A stretch of DNA of 64,000 nt from Tubulanus polymorphus (lineage: Eukaryota > Animalia > Nemertea), in contig NC_134032.1 of NCBI RefSeq assembly GCF_964204645.1, positions 5,816,275 to 5,880,274 on the forward strand, in the 5' to 3' direction. The position numbers were made by a program, and so were the translations under genes. Below the pieces are notes generated by a model that saw nothing but the letters and a program-made list of their open reading frames with translations, did not search any database and was not told the origin of the DNA. Of this stretch, positions 25,001 through 36,033 are shown piece by piece. The stretch's first letter is position 1. Each line of letters opens with the position of its first letter.

Positions 25001-26809
25001 GAAATTTTGGTTAATGAGTGTCGTGACCGGTTCCCTAGGTCCGAATTCGGGATAGGAATTGTTTATAAAACGTACTTTCCTTGGTAAAAGAAACAAATGA
25101 ATATGACGCTTATAGGCATATGTCCCATTGGATTAACTGGATTTTAACTGGATACTCGAATCGCATCATAGTCAAATAATTAATTTTACTTGAAATAACT
25201 CGTGCGTGGGTGCGAGCAAAAAGATCTACTAATGTTCTGACATTTGTTCAGACTTCTTCCGTAGGCCATTAAATTCTCGCCTATACGTATCTCGAGGAAA
25301 AAGATAAAGCAATAAACCTTGTGCAAGTTGGATTAGCGTAAGTCAGATAATTTCTTATTTCGGGTGAATATCGAATTTTGATTGGCCCGATCTCCCTTTC
25401 AAGTAAATTTATATTTTCGGAAATTCGTAGTACTTTTCTTGGTCCCAAAATAAAAAATCAGTTAAGGCCACACAAAGAAATACCCTAGTTTCTCATCAGA
25501 TCTTTTTCTGAATAGTGACGAGGGTGGGCGAATTTTATTTTTTTGCCTTCTCTAAATAAAAAGTTGAAATAAAAAGCTCAACCTAAGACTTATAGAACAG
25601 ACGCGGGAGGGAAGTTTTTTTTACCAATGCCAAACAAATGCCAGTAATGCAAGTAGAACACGCAAACAACTTTATTTGGAAGTAAGTAGCTCCCCAAAAC
25701 CTATAGAATCAAACTATATCGACTCATTTAATTGAACTTGAGACAATAATTTTCGCTCTCTCGAAATGAAGTAAAAGGAAACGAACGTGGCGCTGTTTTT
25801 GTCACCGTAAATGTGGATTACCAGTCCGTCGAGGATGAGCATATGAACGCCGGCAGAAAAAAACCCTCTGTCGTACATTATACAGCTATGCGGGCGAGCG
25901 GGTTTTATTTATGATTAAAAAAGAAAAAGACAATTGATGCTTTGCCGATGCGGGCGAGCGAATTTGTTATTTTTATATTCTAATCATTGGACTTTTTCAT
26001 GACGCAGGCGGCATTTGACTTTCTTGAGAAACTAGGGTATTTGTTTGTGTGGCCTAAAATCACTTGCCGAAATAAAAGTCAGAGGGCTATTTTCTTCCCA
26101 TTGCAGTTTGATTTCTTCCCCGTTCCGACGCCTGTTAGTGGCTTGAAATCGAGTATACGTGTCAACGGTCGTTATCTCAGTTGTGTTAGTGTATAAAACT
26201 AGAAAAATGAACGTGAAATATATCAGTAATACTAAACCATTTCTTGTTGATTTGATTTTTCCGTTTAAAGAAATAAATTCACAAGTCGTAGAACAGTTGT
26301 ATTCGGGGAAGGCTGGAAAGTCGGGGGATTTTTCTTGGTCCCGCAACATCCGACTTACCCATGGTCTATTTTATGTCTACAGAAAATACTTAAGTCTCAG
26401 AATTTACTTTGACTGAGCAAAATGATCTTATTAATCATAGGTCTTCGATTCTTCGTGTAACAGAGCAATGATGCTTGAATTACAAAAAAAAATATTCGTT
26501 AAGGTTTCTACGCCCTTGACTCAAGGATTAAATTGACTTTTTTCATATCTTGGTTTATCGCGTCAAAGGTAGCTGTAAAGTGGAACATATGTTCAATATA
26601 AGCGGCTGAAATCAAGTCTTATAGGTTTAGATTATCAAGGTAGTAGTTATGACATTTTTCGAGATGTAACAAAATTCCTATACACAGTCAACCTCGCTCA
26701 ATTCGTCGTCGGTTTATTCGTATAACTACAATAATTCGTAAAAAATGCAAAGTTCCCGATTTTGTCCTTCGTTATTGTACGGAAGCGTCCTGGGGACATA
26801 ATTAATTTT

Positions 26810-27774
26810 GGCTCAAGTCCATTATAGCATTAAATAGTTCCAGCAGGGACTTATCACATTGGACTGGTATTTGGAATTAATCCGCCAATATTGGACTGAT
26901 TGAATCTTACGACATTACGCCATAGGGACGTGCGAACATACCGACATACAGACAAACCGACGAACCGACATACCGACAAACCGACAAGCCGACGAACCGA
27001 CAAACCGACGAACCGACAAACCGACGAACCGACAAACCAACATACCGACAAACCGACATACCGACAAACCGACGAACCGACAAACCGACATACCGACAAA
27101 CCGACATACCGACGAACCGACAAACCGACATACCGGCAAACCGACGAACCGACAAATCCTTGCGTGGATTACCCTTATATAAAGTGGCTGGGATCGAGGG
27201 GCTGCGTGTATGCGTGGATTACCCTTATGTTAAGTGGCTGGGATCGAGGGGCTGGGTATGTACCTGGATTACCCTTGTATAAATTGGCTGGGATCGAGGG
27301 GCTGTGTGGTGCATGAATTACCCTTATATAAAGTGGCTGGGATCGAGGGGCTGGGTATATGCGTGGATTACCCGCCGATTACCCTCATATAAAGTGGCTA
27401 GGATCGAGGGGCTGGGTATATGCGTGGATTACCCGCCGATTACCCTCATATAAAGTGGCTAGGATCGAGGGGCTGCGTGGTTGCGTGGATTACCCTTATA
27501 TAAAGTGGCTGGGATCGAGAGGCTGCGTGGTTGCGTGGATTACCCTTATATAATGTGGCTAGGATCGAGGGACAGGGTTTTTCCGTGGATTACCCGTGGC
27601 TGGATCGAGGGAATACGAGTATGTCGGTTTGTCGGTTCGTCGGTTCGTCGGTTTGTCGGTTTGTCGGTATGTCGGTTTGTCGGTTTGTCTTGAAAAGTAC
27701 GTAGCCGAATTACTCCTTTTCTAAAAATGTATCTTTGAGCGGGGAACTATTCCACGCTATACTGGACTTGAACC
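26810..27774. mobile_element. Merlin-like MITE (GG...CC termini, 8-bp TSD) with inverted ACCGAC-based arrays and a 50-bp core array
   Basis: TSD TTAATTTT at 26802-26809 and 27775-27782. TIR GGCTCAAGTCCATTATAGC / GCTATACTGGACTTGAACC. (ACCGACRA)n at 26940-27156 is mirrored at 27620-27690. 50-bp array at 27161-27610. Confidence 0.75.
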
Positions 27775-29157
27775 TTAATTTTCTTATTTTTTGCTGATTG
27801 AAAAGTCATTAAATTAGATGAAAATTTTTTTATTAAAATGTATGTTTTTCGACCGGCGGTGATTTAATTCTGACTTCTTTCACCGAATTAAATCATTTTT
27901 ATTAAACGTTATGTTTTTTTCGACCGGCGGCGATTTTAATTCGACCTTTTTCGTGGAATCAAATCATTTTTATGTCGGTACTCGAAAAACGCCTAATGAA
28001 ATACACCGAATCGGAAAACGCATAACGCCTAATTCCTAGAAAATGACCTAATTTCGTAATTGCACCATCTACTGAGACTCACAATCCAACTCATCAACGG
28101 AACAGTTTGAAAATACATGTGTTTTACGCTTCACGAAACGAGACTACTACTCTAATAAACTTCATTATAGGATGATGATAGAATGTCCGCCGTGCAAGCA
28201 ATCAATAAGCCTTTTTACAGTTTCCAGGCGCTATTTTTTTGGGTACCCACCGGGTCCGCATTGTTGAATTTTTTGTCCCTATTTTTTCCCCGTTTAATAT
28301 TTCTATTTCGTTCATATCTCTGGATTGGATAAAGATAGAAACAAAGTGAAAATATCGATGAACTCGGCTGATAATAAACTTTTTTATGATATCACTCATT
28401 TGTTAAGTTAATGCAACAATGCGCACTGGTGAAGTTATAAACATTGATATCGTCTTCCCGATAATTCAACTTGAGTTATTGCTCATCTCATTCAAAAGTT
28501 CGTAATTCTTACAAAATTTAATCTACATTTTTGAAGTTTTCAGGATCAATAGCCATCTATATGTGGTCCTATACACCTTTTACCGTTTTCAATTATCCGT
28601 ATTAGTTTTTAAGTAGTTGCGAGTCAAACTTCCAAAACACGTTTTCTAGAGTATCATGTTTGCATATTTATATCAAGAAATTTGACAATTCAACCGGTCC
28701 TACTTTGTTAAAATCAAAATTTTCAGTAACTATGGAAACAAGGGCACCTAGTTATTTGAAAAAATGGTAAATAGAGATATATTTCTAGTAACACAGGGAC
28801 AGAATACGGGTTTGGAGGGTCGGTAGTCCGGACCCCCGCTCCTTCCCATTAAGGTTACCATCTTTGTCAAGACAGTGATCGCATAAAGCCTACAATTCTA
28901 ACACTCATCCTCTTGCAAATTAAATTGTTTTGGATGTATTTGTTTCAACACCGAGGAGCACCCTACTCGCAGCCTTACGGAAAATGTCCTTATTTTTGTA
29001 CCCCTCTCCCAATCATCTAAGATAGTAAAAAAAGTCGAAATAAGTCTTCTAGTGTCAGGCATTTAAGTTTCATTGATCTCCCGTCGGTTCAACTCCAGAA
29101 TAGGTCAATATAGTTCCATCGTGGAGGATTTTCTTTAATGAAGTGAGTGGTTCGGTT

Positions 29158-30565
29158 TCTAATTGCCGACCTATTTTACTCGTCGACAATTCCGACGATT
29201 TAGAATTGCCGACCTATTTTACTCGTCGACAATTCCGACGATTTAGAATTGCCGACCTATTTTACTCGTCGACAATTCCGACGATTTAGAATTGCCGACC
29301 TATTTTACTCGTCGACAATTCCGACGATTTAGAATTGCCGACCTATTTTACTCGTCGACAATTCCGACGATTTTAAATTGCCGACCTATTTTACTCGTAG
29401 ACAATTCCGACGATTTAGAATTGTTGAAGGGAAGATAAATTTTCAAGCAACGACACGGCCACTTGATGCCGATTGCAGTTTGTATCTATAAAGGGTAATC
29501 TACACACGGTCCTTCATCCCAGCCATTTTATATCAGGGTAATCCACACAAACACCCAGCCCCTCGATCCCAGCCACCTTATTCAAGGGTAATCCACGCAA
29601 ACACACAGCCCCTCGATCCCAGCTACCTTATTCAAGGGTAATCCACGCAAACACACAACCCCTCGATCCCAGCCACTTTATATCAGGGTAATCCGCGCAC
29701 ACACACAGCCCCTCGATCCCAGCCACTTTATATCAGGGTAATCCACGCACACACACAGCCCCTCGATCCCAGCCACTTTATATCAGGGGTAATCCACGCA
29801 AAAACACAGCCCCTCAATCCCAGCCACCTTATTCAAGGGTAATCCACGCAAACACGCAGCCCCTCGATCCCAGCCACTTTATTCAAGGGTAATCCACGCA
29901 AACACACAGCCCTCGATCCCAGCCACATTATATCAGGGTAATCCACGCACACACGCAGCCCCTCGATCCCAGCCACATTATATCAGGGTAATCCACGCAC
30001 ACACGCAGCCCCTCGATCCCAGCCACATTATATCAGGGTAATCCACGCACACACGCAGCCCCTCGATCCCAGCCACATTATATCAGGGTAATCCGCGCAC
30101 ACACACAGCCCCTCGATCCCAGCCACTTTATATCAGGGTAATCCACGCACACACACAGCCCCTCGATCCCAGCCACTTTATATCAGGGTAATCCGCGCAA
30201 ACACGCAGCCCCTCGATCCCAGCCACTTTATATCAGGGGATATTATTATATAAAAGATATTGCAATTCTAAATCGTCGGAATTGTCGACGAGTAAAATAG
30301 GTCGGCAATTCTAAATCGTCGGAATTGTCGACGAGTAAAATAGGTCGGCAATTTAAAATCGTCGGAATTGTCGACGAGTAAAATAGGTCGGCAATTCTAA
30401 ATCGTCGGAATTGTCTACGAGTAATATAGGTTGGCAATTCTAAATCGTCGGAATTGTCGACGAGTAAAATAGGTGGGCAATTCTAAATCGTCGGAATTAT
30501 CGACGAGTATAATAGGTGGGCAATTCTAAATCGTCGGAATTGTCGACGAGTAAAACAGGTCGGCT
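29158..30565. repeat. Inverted 43-bp tandem arrays flanking a 50-bp tandem array (inner foldback)
   Basis: AATTGCCGACCTATTTTACTCGTCGACAATTCCGACGATTTAG x~6 at 29161-29423, its reverse complement x~7 at 30263-30564, and a 50-bp unit ATCCACGCAAACACACAGCCCCTCGATCCCAGCCACTTTATATCAGGGTA x~15 at 29490-30240. Confidence 0.92.
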
Positions 30566-30744
30566 ACCTGGCTCGCGGAAGAATACGTGCTATGTACTCA
30601 GCCTGGGCAGATCTACTTTTACCTGTTCTGGAGTTGAGCCCTCCCGTCTATATTATATCGTTTCACAGTATATTGCATCAATGAAATATGGCCGTTGGCT
30701 GGTGATTCTGGAGCCAGTTGCTCAAAAGTTAACCATCAGAAATA

Positions 30745-30776
30745 CCATGGTGTAATGGCGAGCACTCGGTCCTCTG
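30745..30776 (+). other. tRNA-Gln-like 5' fragment (SINE head or pseudo-tRNA)
   Basis: CCATGGTGTAATGGCGAGCACTCGGTCCTCTG resembles the eukaryotic tRNA-Gln(CUG) 5' half. No T arm or 3' acceptor strand follows. Confidence 0.4.
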
Positions 30777-33652
30777 TTAAATACCGGTACCCGATTTACA
30801 TTTTTGAATTTTCAGCAGCAGCTCCACGCAAATGGAGGCAGCCATGGCTGTGTCAAACTTGACGCTTGCAAACCGTTGGATCGGGTTTGCTTTTTTTGAG
30901 AATGTTCGATGTTCGATCTTTATTACTGATCGTGACACGATTGTTTCAAATTGAATTTGAATATATTAGGCTTAGTCGATTGTGTTGGAAAGATTGGAAC
31001 TTTGGAATATATTAGTATATATTGAGGAACATAACATTCGTTTACTTTCTGTCAAAATTGATCTCGTGCGTTTGATAGTTGTTTTGAGATTTGGCACATT
31101 CTCAAGGCCTGTATTCAAGTTCTGTATTAGCCCACTTCACGTAAGTAGCCATGTAAAATTGCGACGGCAATACGACGCAGCATTGAGACTGTGGTTCTCA
31201 TACATGTGCCACATAATGTCTGACTTTCACATTTGCAATCGTATACCCGTACGTGCAGTTTTGGAATCGAATGAAACACGTTGGACAAAATGATAATTTC
31301 TGTTGTGAACCTAGATAGCTGGTTAAAGCAACACCTGGGTTATTTCGTTTATTTTGACAAATCCTAGAGAATATATATCTTTAATTACCATTTTTCAAAA
31401 ACCTAGGAGCCCTTATTTCCCTGGTTACTTAAAAAATTGATTTTCAACAAAGTAGGGACCGGTGAAATTGTGAAATTTCCTGATATATAGATGCACGCAG
31501 GGGACCCGGGAAACCGTGTTTTGGAAGTTTGACTCGCAACTACTAAAAAACTAATACGGATAATTGAAAACGGTAAAAGGTATATAGGACCACATATAGA
31601 TGGCTATTGATCCTGAAAATTTCAAAAATGTAGATTAAAATTTGTAAGAATTACGAACTTTTGAATGAGATGAGCAATAATTCAAGTTGAATTATCGGGA
31701 AGACGATATCAATGTTTATTACTTCACCAGTGCGCATTGTTGCATTAACTTAACAAATGAGTGATATCATAAAAAAGTTTATTATCAGCCGAGTTCATCG
31801 ATATTTTTACTTTGTTTCTATCTTAATCAAATCCAGAGATATGAACGAAATGAAAAAATTAAACCGGAGAAAAATAGGGACAAAAATTTCAACAATGCGG
31901 ACCCGGCGGGTACCCAAAAAATGGCGCCTGGAAACTGTAAAAAGGCTTATTACATAACGCCATAGAAGTGTAAACTGAAACAGTTTACACTACTATGATA
32001 ACGCGAAAACAAACGCCGCGGTTATAAACCGGCTTTCTTGAATTTTGAAACCGGAATGCATAAATATGGCACAACCTACGCTCGTAGGTACAACGCACAC
32101 AAAGACTGATAAAATAGCCTTTCTCAAAATTATCCTCCAAAATTGTTCACAACCACGCTAATGTGAACCTACCGAACCAATGAGAGACTAAATAATGTCC
32201 AGCCCCTGAACTTCCTTGAACAAAAAATAATAAACTATATGTTCCATATAAAAAAATGATGTCTTTTATTATCATAATACTCCGTCTTAATATGAAATAA
32301 TAACACGGATAAGCCTGTGTAACCAAAGACAGTAGAAACGAAGATGGAACAGGCGGCGCTCCACGCACTCCGACGTGAACTATGTAGCGTTGCGTACATA
32401 GTTCACGTAGGGATTTAGGTCAATTTCTTGGATGTTACTTGAATTAGGCGTTATGCGTTTTCCGATTCGGTGTTTTTCATTAGGCGTTTTTCGAATACCG
32501 TTTTTATGTAACATAACATTCAATAAGAAATCGAATTTTTATTCAATTTTATGATTTTTCAATCAGCAAAAAATAGAAAAAATTAATTATGTCCCTAGGA
32601 CACTTTCGTACAATTATTGCCTTTAATCTCCATCAGAAAATTCGTAATTCGTAAATCGAAGCCGTATCCACGCCCCCTTTTCTCAAGAACAATTGAACAT
32701 GCGATGCGTGATTCGTATTCCATTGTTCCACCTGCTGGCAATGATTGGCAAGCTTATCAATTACTAGAGTTATTGCTAGAGAGCGTGCCGTGGCCATGCG
32801 AAGTATTTTCCCACTAAGGGAAGTCTATTACGAATGACCGTGGCACGCGGCGTCTGTTCCAATTGCCAGTGGAAACAATTTTTAGCAGGATTGTATTCGT
32901 AGTGTATACGAATTAATGGATAAATCGTTAATTCTACGAATTACACATAATTCATAGAAGATACGTTTTTACGTATAATCCGTAAAATATCTAATACATG
33001 TACGTAGGAAATACCACGGTCTCTAGAGATAGGAATTAAATGAGGTTGACTGGTATATTCTAAATATGATATCGAAAGGTAAGGGAACACCTGAGGTGGA
33101 GTCTTCGCCAGAATGGACGCTAGCTGAAATTTGGTGGTATCCATGTTTAATACTTATTTCAGCAACCCATTTCCTACATTTTTTTCAGGTTTTCTATATT
33201 TTCAGGTTTCTTCTTTTTTTCAAGACTTTTCGATTTTTACTGACTATTATCTATAAAAAATCATTTATGACATTAATACACCTCCACCCTTCGCCCCGCA
33301 AAGCTTCTTGTACATTTTGGTATGATATAGATATGGAGTTGTTGTTTTGATACTGGTCCTCTTTATTCAACCTACACCCTATTGCAGCTAAACTTCGCAT
33401 CAGATAAAAGACAATTTTTCAGTGCGACAATCTTGTGATTCTTTCGCGCTTATTCGATTTGTAATGTTTTGCGAAATTCTCATTTTGAATTCATGTCAGC
33501 CGTTATGTTTTTGAAGTTACCGTCGGGCAGTTATTATTTTGAAGTCTCTCGCGCAGTTGTATTTAGTAGGTCTAGATTCAGATTACACGTAAGTCGATGA
33601 ATTTAAAGTGCCATGATCCTGCATCTAAAAAAACTAAACTATACACCATGAA

Positions 33653-34204
33653 GACTAATGTCTATTTATTAATTGATGAGACCTGTTTTTCTTGGATATT
33701 TTGCCTACTTTTTGGGGTACATACCTCATTTATGTCTTAACAGAATGCCAAAAATCGCGGACAACAACTGAATATCCGATATATTTCCAGTTCTGTACCA
33801 ATTAGATGGATTGGCAAAAAGACTCCTTAAGTCCAGTTGAATGAGAGAGAAAATCCTCCATTTTGTCAAATTTGTTGGATTTGAACATTGTTACCATGCC
33901 TACGCCACCCTGATTTAGTTGTTGAGACCCCACAAGAAAAATAACTTCATTTCGTAGGCATGGTAACAATGTTCAAATCCAACAAATTTGACAAAATGGA
34001 GGATTTTCTCTCTCATTCAACTGGACTTAAGGAGTCTTTTTGCCAATCCATCTAATTGGTACAGAACTGGAAATATATCGGATATTCAGTTGTTGTCCGC
34101 GATTTTTGGCATTCTGTTAAGACATAAATGAGGTATGTACCCCAAAAAGTAAGCAAAATATCCCAGAAAAACAGGTCTCATCAATTAATAAATAGACATT
34201 AGTC
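33653..34204. repeat. Near-perfect inverted duplication, 252-bp arms, 48-bp spacer
   Basis: 33653-33904 is the reverse complement of 33953-34204, with 2 mismatches seen by eye. Confidence 0.95.
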
Positions 34205-36033
34205 GACCCTCCTCACTTGCCAGGATTTGATTGCCGCACCGGCTCGAGTCACGCCAATACAAACCCTGCCTTTGGCCGCAAACCCTTACATCGGAGTCAA
34301 TCTATTGAAACGTAAATCATGTAAATAAAATCATAAATCATCGTGGAGATTTTGATAGTTGACTTTTATCAATGGGTTTGACGAAAGTATACCATAATCA
34401 TAGGCCTATTTCTGAATCATAGTAGGCCCATTGAAGACATTGATGTATGGATAATTTAAATCGGTGCACACATTATTAACGAAATTACGGATCAAAACGT
34501 CCGCGGAGAGCATGATTGACAATAGAAATTTAACTGTGAAATCAAAGTTTCTCGCTTGAAATTGATCAGGTGACGTAAGGATGCGGCCTTTAATCAAGCA
34601 ATAGTAGATTGTGTAGAGAATAAATGAAATGCGGGGCCCGTTTCAAATGCCGTGCCGTGCCATGCCTCAGAAGCATCGGCGTCGCTTTGGTGGTACGTGT
34701 ATAACTGGTACGTGGTAACTGTACGACCTGTGGTTTCATCTACCATGCGAGTTTATTTCATTTATCACTGACAAGAGACGAACAGCCAATCTGTCCGATT
34801 CAATTAGCTTAAATAAGCACGAAAATAATAATTTTGAGAAAATAAATTTGATGTCGCTTTAGTAAATCGAATCACACGAATGGAACTATCTTCAATAAAA
34901 TAATATTGATTTGAATTGGATTGATCAATAACCTAAATTGAATTAGGACGAACTTACAACATACGCCAGAAATTTCCAGCGACATTCTACATATAAACAG
35001 CAACGAGGAGGAGTGGGGTCTGTCTGCAGAGTGCGCAGGGGGCCGCTGCGGCCCCTGCGCTCAATGGGTGCGCAGGGGGCCGGGTATTGTAAAGTGAGAA
35101 CTGGTATGTGATGCTAGACGAAACGATGATTTTTTAGCAATAATGCAGAAATTTATTTTAACTCGCTTTTTTAAATAGAAAAACAATTAAGCTGATTTAA
35201 TTTTGATTTTTGAGCTAGAACTTTTATATATGCTTAATCATGTAATTCAAAATCGTAGATATAGGATTGATATTGTTACTATGAAAATTAAGGTCAATCG
35301 CGCCGGGGGCCGTCCTCTACGTACATAACTCGGTTTTTTAAACTCCTGAATTTCCCATTCACCATGTCGTCGTTTTTCAACAGCAAAAAATAGTCGTCCA
35401 AAATAAGATGAAAGCTGAGAAAATGCGAGTTTCACTGTTCATTTATTTATTTGACATACATATTCGATTGACACTTAAACATCATAAGTATCAGAGGCGG
35501 CTCGATAATTGGTAATAGCATAATAACGATAATACATACACATCACTGACTTAAATATTCATACATGTAAATTGAAGCTCACGTATCTTGTTGTACTGGA
35601 TTTTATAGATCGCTTGATTTTATAGATCACAGACTTAATAAAATATTTATACACATGGATATTATAGATCGCTTGATTTCTAATCTCGATATCTTTAATT
35701 TGTATCATAATACTTTCGATAATTGGCGATAACATGATAATGATAATACATACATTTCTCTGACTTAATAAAATATTTATACATATGGATATTATAGATC
35801 GCTTGATTTCCGATTTCAATATTCTTAATCTGTACCGTAATATTTTCGAAATAGATTATATACGTCAACTAACGACTTTGCTTCAGTCCGTCGGCATATT
35901 GCGTCACTGTTTTCATAAGGTAGTCCATTGTAAATGCTAACGATGTAGACGAGAGCTTCCTTGTGTAAAACGTCATTCGAATAATAACTGGATAAGCTGA
36001 AATGAATCATCAGGAAATTAAATTTAACCCTAA

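Larger units (their letters stand above)
28204..31951. mobile_element. Foldback-type element with ~590-bp TIRs (third shell)
   Basis: 28204-28790 is the reverse complement of ~31365-31951 (AATAAGCCTTTTTACAGTTTCCAGGCGC... / ...GCGCCTGGAAACTGTAAAAAGGCTTATT). The mirrored ORFs 28202-28399(-) and 31757-31957(+) are near-identical. Confidence 0.85.
26775..32613. mobile_element. Long-TIR non-autonomous DNA transposon (second shell), candidate TTA TSD
   Basis: Inverted arms 26775-26805/32581-32613, 27775-27845/32510-32586 and 27976-28035/32441-32500. TTA on both flanks (26772-26774, 32614-32616). Confidence 0.7.
26685..33052. mobile_element. Outer Tc1/pogo-like MITE split by nested insertions
   Basis: CAGTCAACCTC (26685) / GAGGTTGACTG (33042-33052). 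TA flanks are degraded. Confidence 0.55.

Noticed and set aside
28202-28399. Duplicated small ORF MSDIIKKFIISRVH (also 31757-31957)
   Set aside because: Both copies lie within the TIRs of a foldback element and have no domain signal.
29158-30565. CRISPR-like appearance of regular repeats (also 165-1323 and 36034-39811)
   Set aside because: Units are head-to-tail with no unique spacers, there are no cas genes, and the context is eukaryotic.
30745-30776. Functional tRNA-Gln gene
   Set aside because: Only the 5' half is similar, so no cloverleaf can be completed.
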